From positions 1,193 to 65,192 of the forward strand of contig DASUUC010000085.1 of NCBI GenBank assembly GCA_036374335.1: a stretch of DNA of 64,000 bases. Reading direction: 5' to 3'. The position numbers were made by a program, and so were the translations under genes. The notes beneath the pieces are model-generated. The model did not search any database and had not been told where the DNA came from. It saw only the letters and a list, made by a program, of their open reading frames with translations. This DNA is from Acidimicrobiia bacterium. Its GTDB lineage: Bacteria; Actinomycetota; Acidimicrobiia; Spongiisociales; ZC4RG35. Numbering within the stretch: position 1 is the first letter of the stretch; every line of letters starts with the position of its first letter. Shown piece after piece: positions 25,968 to 34,672 of this stretch.

Positions 25968-26953
25968 AAGGCAACTCCCGAGTCGACCGACTTCAGAACT
26001 GTCTCGTAGATCCTGTCGGCCGACGGGATAGCGAGGTCCTCGAGCGAGGCCGCAGCAGGCAGCGGTATGTGAGGTGTGGTGATGCGGATGCTGGGACCGT
26101 CGAGATCCCAGAATGCCTCCTCGTCGACGATGGAGACCAGTTCGGCTCCCCAGCCACAGAGCCGGGGATTCTCCTCCACGGTGAAGAAACGACCCGTCTT
26201 CGTAACCGACCGCAGCAATGTTCGGGTGTCCAGCGGCACCAATGAGCGGACATCGATCACCTCGACCGACAAGCCCGAATCGGCGAGACGCTCGGCGGCC
26301 TCCACGGCCCGGGGCACCATGAGGGCGAGGGCGGCGATGGTTGCATCTGTCCCATCTCTGACCACCCTGGCCTTCCCCAGTTCGTCGACGATCTCACCAT
26401 CGGGGATCTCGGCTTTGTCGGCCATCAGCGACTTGTGCTCGAAGAAGACCACCGGATCGGGATCACGCACGGCCGCAGCCATGAGGCCGACGACGTCGAC
26501 CGGGTTGGAGGGGGCCACCACCTTGAGACCGGGGATCATCATGCACCAGTTCTCCACCGACTGCGAGTGCTGCGCCCCGAAGCGGGAACCACCGCCGTTG
26601 GCGGTGCGCACCACGAGAGGGAAGCTCACCTGACCATCGGTCATGTATCGGCTCTTGGCGACCTGGTTGGCCAGCATGTCAAAGCAGACCGCGATGAAAT
26701 CGGAGAACATGATCTCGGCGATCACCGGCACACCCGTCATGGCCGCACCCATCGCCGCCCCGAGAATTGCCTGCTCGGAGATAGGAGTGTCACGGATCCG
26801 GTCAGGCCCGAACTGGTCGAGCAGGCCCACGGTGGTCTTGAAGACCCCGCCGGCGGCGGCGATGTCCTCGCCCAGCATGACCAGGCTGGGATCACGCCGC
26901 ATCTCCTGGGCGATCCCGTAGGCGACCGCATCCCGGTAACTCAGTTCCGCCAT
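25964..26953 (-). CDS. TPP-dependent 2-oxoacid/acetoin dehydrogenase E1 component, beta subunit
   Basis: 329 aa. Typical E1-beta N-terminus (LSYRDAVAYGIAQEMRRDPSLVMLGEDI) and transketolase-like C-terminal domain. Confidence 0.9.
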   Translation of the reverse strand: MAELSYRDAVAYGIAQEMRRDPSLVMLGEDIAAAGGVFKTTVGLLDQFGPDRIRDTPISEQAILGAAMGAAMTGVPVIAEIMFSDFIAVCFDMLANQVAKSRYMTDGQVSFPLVVRTANGGGSRFGAQHSQSVENWCMMIPGLKVVAPSNPVDVVGLMAAAVRDPDPVVFFEHKSLMADKAEIPDGEIVDELGKARVVRDGTDATIAALALMVPRAVEAAERLADSGLSVEVIDVRSLVPLDTRTLLRSVTKTGRFFTVEENPRLCGWGAELVSIVDEEAFWDLDGPSIRITTPHIPLPAAASLEDLAIPSADRIYETVLKSVDSGVAF

Positions 26954-28002
26954 CGTGAGCCCCCATCGGAATAGACCTCGGTCATGAGCGACTCCTCTCC
27001 TGGGATCGCACCGGCCTTGGCGAACTCGGTGGCGGCATCGACCGCCTCGGCCACCTCGCGCTCGATGGTGCTCAGAGTGGCTTCAGGTGTCCCCAGCGAA
27101 AGCAATCGGTCGTGATACATCGGGATCGGGTCGCGCGCTTTCCATGCGTCGACCTCCTCGGGCGGGCGGTACTTCCCGGGATCGGCTCGGGAATGCCCTC
27201 CGGAACGGTAGGTGACAGCCTCGATCAGCGACGGGCCACCCCCGGAGCGGGCTCTGGAGAGCGCCTCCCGGGCGGTCAGGTATACCGCATCGGGATCGTT
27301 GCCGTCGATGAGGATCGACTCCAGGCCGTAGGCCCCGGCCCTATCTGCCGCCGGGTTGTCGACCGCAGTGATCAAGTCGATCGGGGTGTACTCCATGTAG
27401 AGGTTGTTCTCACACACAAAGACCACGGGGAGACTCCAGATCTTGGCCATGTTGAGGGCTTCGTGGAAGGCGCCGATGTTGGTGGTGCCGTCGCCGAAGA
27501 AGGCGACAGCAACCTGGTCGGTGCCCCGCATCTGCGCCGACCAAGCGGCGCCGTTGGCCACACACAGGTGGGCTCCGATGATGGCGTAGGAGCCCATCAT
27601 CCCCCTCCCGGCGTCGGTGAGGTGCATCGACCCTCCTTTGCCGCCGAGCACCCCGTTGGAGCGGCCGAGCAGTTCGGCCATGGCCGGGCCCATCTCCATG
27701 CCACGGGCCAGCGAGTGGGCGTGGCCCCGGTAGGTGGCGAAGGTGTAGTCGTCGGGGCGCATCGCCTGCCCGAACCCGGTGGCGATCGCCTCCATGCCCA
27801 ACGAGAGGTGGCTGGTCCCTTTGACCAGGTTCTGCAGGAACAGATCGTGGGCCCGCTTTTCGAACTGTCTCAACTCGTGAAGCTTGCGATACATCCCGTT
27901 TCGGGTCTCGGAGTCGATATCCGCCTGGGCCAGCGACTCGTCGACCGGTTCGGGTAGCCGGGGCTCCCGGAGGGCGTAGTCGTGGAGGGAATCAGTAGGC
28001 AT
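26941..28002 (-). CDS. TPP-dependent 2-oxoacid/acetoin dehydrogenase E1 component, alpha subunit
   Basis: About 353 aa from ATG 28002, overlapping the M24 gene stop (alternative start 28023). TPP motif GDGTTNIGAFHEALNMAKIWSLPVVFVCENNLY. Confidence 0.85.
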   Translation of the reverse strand: MPTDSLHDYALREPRLPEPVDESLAQADIDSETRNGMYRKLHELRQFEKRAHDLFLQNLVKGTSHLSLGMEAIATGFGQAMRPDDYTFATYRGHAHSLARGMEMGPAMAELLGRSNGVLGGKGGSMHLTDAGRGMMGSYAIIGAHLCVANGAAWSAQMRGTDQVAVAFFGDGTTNIGAFHEALNMAKIWSLPVVFVCENNLYMEYTPIDLITAVDNPAADRAGAYGLESILIDGNDPDAVYLTAREALSRARSGGGPSLIEAVTYRSGGHSRADPGKYRPPEEVDAWKARDPIPMYHDRLLSLGTPEATLSTIEREVAEAVDAATEFAKAGAIPGEESLMTEVYSDGGSRWRN

Positions 28003-29245
28003 TGGCCACCATGAGCTCTTCACAGGGGAACAGGGTGATCACCTTGCACCCGTCGGCGGTGACGACCACTTCCTCCTCGATGCGGGCCGCGGACCGGCCG
28101 TCGGCGGCGGGGGCATAGGTCTCCAGTGCAAACACCATGCCTTCCTGGATCTCCACCGGTGTCTCCAGTGAGTTGAGCCGGCTGATGATCGGCCGCTCGT
28201 GCAGGCCGGCGCCCACTCCATGGCCGAACTGGAGGCCGAAGGCGTCCATCTCGTCTTCGAAGCCAAACTCATGCGCTTCGGGCCAAACCTTGGCGATCTG
28301 GTCGGTGGTCGTGCCCGGTTTCACCAATTCGATTGCGGCGTCCATCCACTCCCGGGATTGCTTGAAGGCGTCGTGCTGCGCCTGGGTGGCGCGACCTACC
28401 ACGAAGGTCCGGTAATAACAGGTGCGGTACCCGTTGAAGACATGGATGATGTCGAAATATGCCTGGTCACCAGGGCGGATAAGCCGGTCGCTGAAGACGT
28501 GAGGGTGGGGGCTGCACCGCTCACCGGCGATCGAGTTGATCGCCTCGACGAACTCGGAGCCCATCTCGAAGAGACGGGCATGGGCCATGCCGACCACATC
28601 GGACTCGCGGATACCGGGTTTGAGCATCTCGAAGATGTCCTGATAGACCCCGTCGACCATGGCACATGCCTGGGTGAGGAGGATGATCTCGTCGTCGCTC
28701 TTGATCTCCCGGGCCCGCATCATCGCCTGCTGCCCGTCCACGACGTTGAGACCCGCCTCCTGGAGGGCGAGGAGGACCGCGGTCTCCGCCATGTCCACTC
28801 CCAGCTTCTCCTCGGCCACCCCGGCGTCCTCCAAGAACCCTCTGATCTCGCGCACGGCCCGGTCATGCAACCCGGTCTCGGGCCCGATCGCCCCCTGCAG
28901 GCCGGTATTGCCGCCAACCGAGTTCTCGGTGTCGAACAGGTGAGGGAGCTGGAGACGGTGTGCCTTGGCAGCGGACCCGAAGTCCCAGACCTTGGGACGA
29001 CCCTCCCTGGTCACCACTGCCCATCGCTCACCCTTGTTGAAGGCCCAGTACCCGATTTGAGTCGCGGTGGCATACCTGATGTTCGACGTCTCGAAAAGGA
29101 GCACGGCTCCGAGGTCGAAATCGTCGAGCATCTGGCGGACGCGATCGAGCCGGGACCCACGGAGGCGCTCGAAATCCACCCGGGACTCCCAATCCACCCC
29201 CATGACACCGGGTGAGAAGCTCGTAGCTACAGGAAATTCGGCCAT
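27992..29245 (-). CDS. M24 family metallopeptidase-fold hydrolase (creatinase / Xaa-Pro dipeptidase / ectoine-hydrolase-like)
   Basis: 417 aa from ATG 29245 (GGAGCAAGAG upstream). Creatinase-type N-terminal domain plus a pita-bread C-terminal domain (HGVGAGLHE, MVFALETY). The track ORF reaching 29458 is an extension. Confidence 0.8.
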   Translation of the reverse strand: MAEFPVATSFSPGVMGVDWESRVDFERLRGSRLDRVRQMLDDFDLGAVLLFETSNIRYATATQIGYWAFNKGERWAVVTREGRPKVWDFGSAAKAHRLQLPHLFDTENSVGGNTGLQGAIGPETGLHDRAVREIRGFLEDAGVAEEKLGVDMAETAVLLALQEAGLNVVDGQQAMMRAREIKSDDEIILLTQACAMVDGVYQDIFEMLKPGIRESDVVGMAHARLFEMGSEFVEAINSIAGERCSPHPHVFSDRLIRPGDQAYFDIIHVFNGYRTCYYRTFVVGRATQAQHDAFKQSREWMDAAIELVKPGTTTDQIAKVWPEAHEFGFEDEMDAFGLQFGHGVGAGLHERPIISRLNSLETPVEIQEGMVFALETYAPAADGRSAARIEEEVVVTADGCKVITLFPCEELMVANAY

Positions 29246-29261
29246 CTCTTGCTCCTTGTCC

Positions 29262-30173
29262 TCATTGCGGTCCTTGCCCTGACTCTTCGGCCAGGGCGTT
29301 CTCCAAATATGTCCAGTCTCGGGCGAAACGGTACGAGTGACGTGGCGGGGGTTGAGGAGCCTGGGTTTCCAGCCATCTGACGATCCCGTCCCCGATGTTG
29401 CGGAACTCGTGGACACATCCGACACCGGCCCAGGCCACGTCGCCCGGCTCCAATTCATAGCTGATCCCGTCGAATGTCGCCTCCACCTCCCCGGCGAGGA
29501 TCTGATAGGCCTCCTCGAGAGGATGGTCGTGCGCCCCGGCGAATCCGCCCTGCTCGTATTGGACCATGAACATCGTGGAGAGGTCAGCCCCCAGGTCGGA
29601 GTCGACCATCATCTTGACGCTGATCCCGCTGTAGACGAGGAGAGCTGTGCGCATGCTGGCGCTCTGGGCGAGACGATCCTGGGTCTGCATCGCCGGATCC
29701 ATGTTCTCCGGCTCGATGTGACCGAAGTAGCGGTTGCGGGGATCACGGACATCGATGGACGCCGGATCGAGTGTCGGTATGGGTGCGGGGAATTGGGTGT
29801 CGAACTGGAATCGTTCCCGGGGCAGGGGCGCCTTCATCTCGGAGAACGACACCCTCTCCGACGAGGTGTTGCCAAACGCGTGGGTCATTCCCACCGGAAT
29901 CAGGCCGTAGTCACCTGCGACGAGTTGATAGCTGCCTTCGGTAGTGTCGACCGTGAGCGCACCCTCCACAACGTAGAGGGACTCCTCGAATGAGTGGACA
30001 TGGGTGTCGACCCCCCCGCCGGGCTCGAGCCGGGAGATGGCGAATCCCATCTGCACCGAGCCGCCGGCTTCGTCTACGACCCCGTCTCGGGTGTAACCGT
30101 TGCTTCGCCCCTCGAACTCGGAGGGAACGTCGAACTGGAGCTTGCCCAACTTCTTCACGATGTGGTTGGCCAT
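29262..30173 (-). CDS. Bicupin protein
   Basis: 303 aa with two cupin cores (GGVDTHVHSFEESLYVVEG...GMTHAF and GAHDHPLEEAYQILAG...GCVHEF). Confidence 0.7.
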   Translation of the reverse strand: MANHIVKKLGKLQFDVPSEFEGRSNGYTRDGVVDEAGGSVQMGFAISRLEPGGGVDTHVHSFEESLYVVEGALTVDTTEGSYQLVAGDYGLIPVGMTHAFGNTSSERVSFSEMKAPLPRERFQFDTQFPAPIPTLDPASIDVRDPRNRYFGHIEPENMDPAMQTQDRLAQSASMRTALLVYSGISVKMMVDSDLGADLSTMFMVQYEQGGFAGAHDHPLEEAYQILAGEVEATFDGISYELEPGDVAWAGVGCVHEFRNIGDGIVRWLETQAPQPPPRHSYRFARDWTYLENALAEESGQGPQ

Positions 30174-31054
30174 CAGCTTTCCCCTCCTCTCAGGTAGACG
30201 GCGATCGCGCTTAGGTCACGATCTCCCATGCCGGAGGCGATGGCCTTCTTCACGATCTCGAGTCCTGTGCGGGCTTGCTCCATGGGAGCGCCGACCTTGT
30301 CGCCCAGCCCTGTGATCAGCTCCAGGTCCTTGGCCACCAGGTCGAGGCTGAACGCCACCACGGCATTCTCGGGGTGTTCATAGGCTTCCCGTTTGTATTG
30401 CACGAAGGGGGCACCACCGGCGCCGCCAACAAACACTTCGTAGGCCGTCTCCCTGCTCACCCCGGCTTTTTCGGCCAGGACCAGAGCCTCGGAGAGGGCC
30501 ACGTTGAGTCCGTGGACCAAGCCGTTGACGGCGAGTTTGCATGCCGCACCGGCCCCGCGATCACCGACACGGATCACCTGCTTGGAGATCGTGGCCAACA
30601 GCGGCTCGACCTGCGCTATGGCGTCTGCGTCGCCACCAGCCATGATGGTCAGGGCCCCGGCCTCGACCGTGGAGACGCTGCCAGATACCGGGCAGTCGAT
30701 GAACCGGGCGCCGTTTGTCTCCACTGCTTCGCCCACCTCGACGCTGGTCTCGGGGTCGACAGTGCTGGTATCGATAGCGATCGAGCCTGATCGGATCCCC
30801 GCGGCTATGCCTTGATCGCCGAGATAGACGTCCCGCACTGCCCGGTCATCGGCGAGGCTCGACACGACGGTCCCGGCCTCGGCGGCCGCTGCTGCCGGAG
30901 TGTCGGCTATCGCGGCGCGGGTGTCGGCGGCCACCGCCTTGGCCTTGGATCGGTCGCGGTTCCACAGCACCAGTTCGTGGCCGGTTTCGGCGAACCGCCG
31001 GGCCATGGCGCTGCCCATGCGGCCTAGGCCCACCACCGCCACATTCGGCATCAT
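30173..31054 (-). CDS. NAD(P)-dependent 3-hydroxyisobutyrate / tartronate-semialdehyde reductase family oxidoreductase
   Basis: 293 aa from ATG 31054 (GAGGAGCGAA upstream). VAVVGLGRMGSAMARRF Rossmann motif and the 6-PGDH-like C-terminal domain pattern. Confidence 0.85.
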   Translation of the reverse strand: MMPNVAVVGLGRMGSAMARRFAETGHELVLWNRDRSKAKAVAADTRAAIADTPAAAAAEAGTVVSSLADDRAVRDVYLGDQGIAAGIRSGSIAIDTSTVDPETSVEVGEAVETNGARFIDCPVSGSVSTVEAGALTIMAGGDADAIAQVEPLLATISKQVIRVGDRGAGAACKLAVNGLVHGLNVALSEALVLAEKAGVSRETAYEVFVGGAGGAPFVQYKREAYEHPENAVVAFSLDLVAKDLELITGLGDKVGAPMEQARTGLEIVKKAIASGMGDRDLSAIAVYLRGGES

Positions 31055-31098
31055 TTCGCTCCTCACTGATAAGTGACACTACACAAATCTGGCGACGT

Positions 31099-32313
31099 TC
31101 AGCGATGCAGAATGGGAGACACCTGCTCCGCGATATATCGGCCAATGGCGATCGAAGCCGTCGCTCCCGGGGATGGAGCGTTGAGGACATGGACCGATCT
31201 GTCTGCGGTCTCGATCACGAAGTCGTCCACCAGGTTGCCTTTGATGTCGACGGCCTGCGCCCTGACTCCGGCTCCTCCGGGGATGAGATGCTCCTGTCTG
31301 AGGGCAGGAACAAGTCTCCGGGCCAGTCGGGCATAGAGGCGTGTGGAGCGGGAGTTGAGCATCTCCGACATGCCGGCGCGCCAGTGCCGGACGGCGAGCT
31401 TGCGGAACCCGGGATGGGCGACGACCGATCCCAACTCCCGCCAGTCCGGCCGGGCTCCCCTGTAGTGCTCACGCCCAACGGCAAGGACGGCATTGGGGCC
31501 CACTTCGACAGTCCCATCGATACGCCTGGTGAAGTGCACACCGAGAAAAGGGAATCTTGGGTCGGGCACTGGGTAGATCAGTGTGCGCACCAGAGGACGC
31601 GCCTCTTCGGTGAGCTCGTAGTACTCGCCTCGGAAGGGGACGATGCGCACTCCCGGTCGGACACCGGCGAGCGCGGCCACACGGTCGGAGTGGAGCCCGG
31701 CGCAATTGACCAGTATCCGTGCGGGGAAACGTCGGTTCCCCGCCACTGCGACCACTTCTTCGTCATTCGGGGAGATGTCGGTCACCTCGACACCGGTCTC
31801 GATGGTTGCCCCCGCATCCTGGAGTCTCTGCACATGATGGAGCGCCAGTCCCGGGAAGTCGGCCACTCCAGCCTCGGGAACGTGAAGCGCCGCCAGCCCC
31901 GTCGCTTCGGGCTCGATCTCGCGTATCTCCTCGGGCCCAATTCGCCGCAGCCCTTTCAGTCCGTTGGCCGTTCCCCGACGCTCCAACTCATCGAGCGCGG
32001 GGATCTCCGATTGATCGGATGCGATCACCAGCTTTCCCGATCGGTCGTAGGGGATTCCTTCCCTCTCACATGTCTCGTAAACCGCCTGCCGACCCTCGAC
32101 GCAGAGCCGCGCCTTGAGAGATCCCGGCTTGTAGTAGAGACCGGAGTGGACGACGCCGGAGTTGTGGCTGCTCTGATGTCTCGCCACCTCGGTCTCCTTC
32201 TCGAGGAGGACCATGGAAAGACCCTCGAACTGGTCCACCAGCGCCCGCGCTACGGACAGGCCGACGAGGCCTCCACCGACGACGCACACGTCGAATCGGC
32301 TCGACGAGCTCAT
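31099..32313 (-). CDS. lhgO: L-2-hydroxyglutarate oxidase-like FAD-dependent oxidoreductase
   Basis: 404 aa from ATG 32313 (alternative start 32358). DVCVVGGGLVGLSVARAL FAD motif and the characteristic HQSSHNSGVVHSGLYYKPGSLKA. Confidence 0.75.
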   Translation of the reverse strand: MSSSSRFDVCVVGGGLVGLSVARALVDQFEGLSMVLLEKETEVARHQSSHNSGVVHSGLYYKPGSLKARLCVEGRQAVYETCEREGIPYDRSGKLVIASDQSEIPALDELERRGTANGLKGLRRIGPEEIREIEPEATGLAALHVPEAGVADFPGLALHHVQRLQDAGATIETGVEVTDISPNDEEVVAVAGNRRFPARILVNCAGLHSDRVAALAGVRPGVRIVPFRGEYYELTEEARPLVRTLIYPVPDPRFPFLGVHFTRRIDGTVEVGPNAVLAVGREHYRGARPDWRELGSVVAHPGFRKLAVRHWRAGMSEMLNSRSTRLYARLARRLVPALRQEHLIPGGAGVRAQAVDIKGNLVDDFVIETADRSVHVLNAPSPGATASIAIGRYIAEQVSPILHR

Positions 32314-32410
32314 ACCGTCATCCCAACTACCCGCATTGTGATCAGCCTCACTGCACATCCGTCGATTCTGCCGTATATCCTCGCTGATGTTCTAGGAAGG
32401 AGCGAGTCAG

Positions 32411-33103
32411 ATGGCAGACGGATCCGTTTTGGTTGTTGGTGGCACCGCCGGGTTGGGGCGGGAGATAGCCAGTCATTACCAGAATGAGGGCGACCAGGTG
32501 ATCATCACCGGACGGGACCAGGAGAGATCTGACAAGATCGCTTCCGAGCTCGGTGAAGGCGTCAGAGGAATCGGCGTCGACCTCGCCGAGCCGGAGACCA
32601 TCGGGGACGCGCTCTCGGATGTGGGACCCATCTCGCGTCTGGTGATCACTGCTGTCGTGCGGGACCACAACCCGGTCAGGGAATACAACATCTCGACTGC
32701 CAAGGACCTGATCACGATGAAGATGATCGGGTACACGGAAACGATCCACACACTCATCCCCCGGTTCACCGAGCACGCCTCGGTTGTGCTGTTCGGCGGC
32801 CTCGCCAAAGAACGCCCCTATCCCGGTGCAGTCACGATCGCCACGGTGAATGGCGGCATCTCGACGATGATCAACGACCTGGTGGTCGAGTTGGCCCCCA
32901 TCAGGTTCAACGCCATTCATCCCGGGATCGTCGGGGATAGCCCATATTGGGAAGGCAAGGATCTCGACGCCTTCGTGGAGCGGACACCGACCGGCAAGTT
33001 GGCCACGATGGCCGAAGTCGTCGACGCTACCGTGTTCCTGTTGGAGAACCCAGCGATCAATGGAGTCAACCTCTATGTCGACGGCGGCTGGATGCGGATG
33101 TGA
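32411..33103 (+). CDS. SDR family oxidoreductase
   Basis: 230 aa. VLVVGGTAGLGREIA cofactor motif. AGGAAGGAG 8 nt upstream of the ATG. Confidence 0.85.
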   Translation: MADGSVLVVGGTAGLGREIASHYQNEGDQVIITGRDQERSDKIASELGEGVRGIGVDLAEPETIGDALSDVGPISRLVITAVVRDHNPVREYNISTAKDLITMKMIGYTETIHTLIPRFTEHASVVLFGGLAKERPYPGAVTIATVNGGISTMINDLVVELAPIRFNAIHPGIVGDSPYWEGKDLDAFVERTPTGKLATMAEVVDATVFLLENPAINGVNLYVDGGWMRM

Positions 33104-33744
33104 GTGACGTCCACAGAACTGCGGATCACGATGAGACTCTGGACGGTATTGGTGACCGACTGCGTGAAGAGCGGGTCAATGCGGGGATAAGCCAGCGCGA
33201 ACTCGCCCGACGGCTCGGACTGTCCGCCAGCATGATCTCCCAGTTGGAGAGTGGCTTGTCCAAGCCTTCGGTGGGAACGCTCTACGCCATCGTCACCGAA
33301 CTGAACCTCTCCCTCGATCGTGTCATCCGAGGTGAGGATTTCGACGAAGACCCCCGCAATGGCCCGGCCGCCGACAGCCCGGTCAGACCACTGGTTCATC
33401 CCCAGGACCGTCAGGTGATCGACCTGGCCTCAGGGGTGACCTGGGAAGAGTTGAGCCCGTCGTCGGAAGAAGGTGTCGACTTCCTCCACGCCACCTACGA
33501 GGTCGGAGGTGCATCCACGCCGGACCAGTCTTTGATGCGGCACCACGGCCGCGAGTACGGATATGTCATGACCGGGACTCTGGGCATTCGGATCGGCTTC
33601 CAGGAGTATGAGTTGAATCCGGGCGACTCGATCGCCTTCGACTCGACCCGGCCTCATCGGCTATGGAACAAGGGAGACGAACCGGTTCACGCCATCTGGT
33701 TCGTCGTCGGACGCGAGGCCGACAACAGGGTTCAGTCGGACTGA
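33100..33744 (+). CDS. XRE-family HTH transcriptional regulator with a C-terminal cupin sensor domain
   Basis: 214 aa from GTG 33100 (GTGA overlap with the SDR stop). HTH ISQRELARRLGLSASMISQLESG. Cupin GDSIAFDSTRPHRLWN. Confidence 0.8.
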   Translation: MSDVHRTADHDETLDGIGDRLREERVNAGISQRELARRLGLSASMISQLESGLSKPSVGTLYAIVTELNLSLDRVIRGEDFDEDPRNGPAADSPVRPLVHPQDRQVIDLASGVTWEELSPSSEEGVDFLHATYEVGGASTPDQSLMRHHGREYGYVMTGTLGIRIGFQEYELNPGDSIAFDSTRPHRLWNKGDEPVHAIWFVVGREADNRVQSD

Positions 33745-34169
33745 CCGTCCCGACCATCGAATCCGTCCTTCCACGCCAAGATCTGGCGTTGCACGGCGGC
33801 GGCGTCGAACCAGGCGTTCTCGTAGCAGATCAGCCCGTCTCTGACTTCGAATACATGGAGGATGCGGACCTCGACCGGCGCACCACCGCCGTCGACTCCC
33901 GCCCACTCTCCGTGCACGTGCCCGCTGATAATGGATTCGTCGACGACGAATCTCCCGCCTTCACCCGAGAAGCGCTTCACCGACTCCAACTTGACGTCCG
34001 GTATCGCGTCGATGATCGACGAGTAGACACTGCCGACTTCCTCTTTGCCACGGAAAGGTGCGTCGGGATGGGTGATGTCATCCCAGACGATGTCGTCGGT
34101 GTATGTCGCCAGAGTGGCAGCCACGTCGTGAGCGTTTTCCGCGGCGAAGTGCCGATCAATGATGTCCAT
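33732..34169 (-). CDS. SnoaL-like / NTF2-fold protein
   Basis: 145 aa from ATG 34169 (GGAGGCAC upstream). MDIIDRHFAAENAHDVAATLATYTDDIVWDD is typical of the SnoaL-like fold. Confidence 0.7.
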   Translation of the reverse strand: MDIIDRHFAAENAHDVAATLATYTDDIVWDDITHPDAPFRGKEEVGSVYSSIIDAIPDVKLESVKRFSGEGGRFVVDESIISGHVHGEWAGVDGGGAPVEVRILHVFEVRDGLICYENAWFDAAAVQRQILAWKDGFDGRDGQSD

Positions 34170-34272
34170 GTGCCTCCTTGTCGCGGTGAAGGCTAAACCG
34201 TGGGTGGCTGGCGGCCGAGCGGGAGCCGGCTCGTTGGTGTCGAGGTGGACGAGCTCGCGGTCAGGTGCCGGC

Positions 34273-34611
34273 TCAAGCGAACAATTGCTCCGGCGGCTCC
34301 CGGTGAGCCGGCTCACGCGCCATGTCGACGCCGTTGACGTCGTCGACGAATTCCAACCACCAGGCGTCGTAGGCAGACTCGGGGTCCCATCCCCCTTGCT
34401 CATCCCTTGCAGACCGTAGGGGGAGATGTGGTAGACGCTCAACCCCGATGTCCGACCCGTCTCGGGCGTGGCTGACCCAGAAGACGTGACGTCTGACCCC
34501 GTAACGATCGTTGAGCGTCTCGTACTCCCCGAGATGTGGATCGAGCTCCGTGGCGAGACGGCGATACCTTTCGCTCGCCGGAACGATCGGTGTTGCACTT
34601 GCGAATAGCAT
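34273..34611 (-). CDS. Hypothetical protein (possibly a small alpha+beta barrel, EthD/mutarotase-like)
   Basis: 112-aa ORF with reasonable codon bias and no strong motif. Divergent from the amidohydrolase gene. Confidence 0.4.
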   Translation of the reverse strand: MLFASATPIVPASERYRRLATELDPHLGEYETLNDRYGVRRHVFWVSHARDGSDIGVERLPHLPLRSARDEQGGWDPESAYDAWWLEFVDDVNGVDMAREPAHREPPEQLFA

Positions 34612-34672
34612 TCAGCGACCTCTCTCTGCGAGGCTTCGATCCCATGCACAAGCCCAAGAGCATTCTCTCCAG

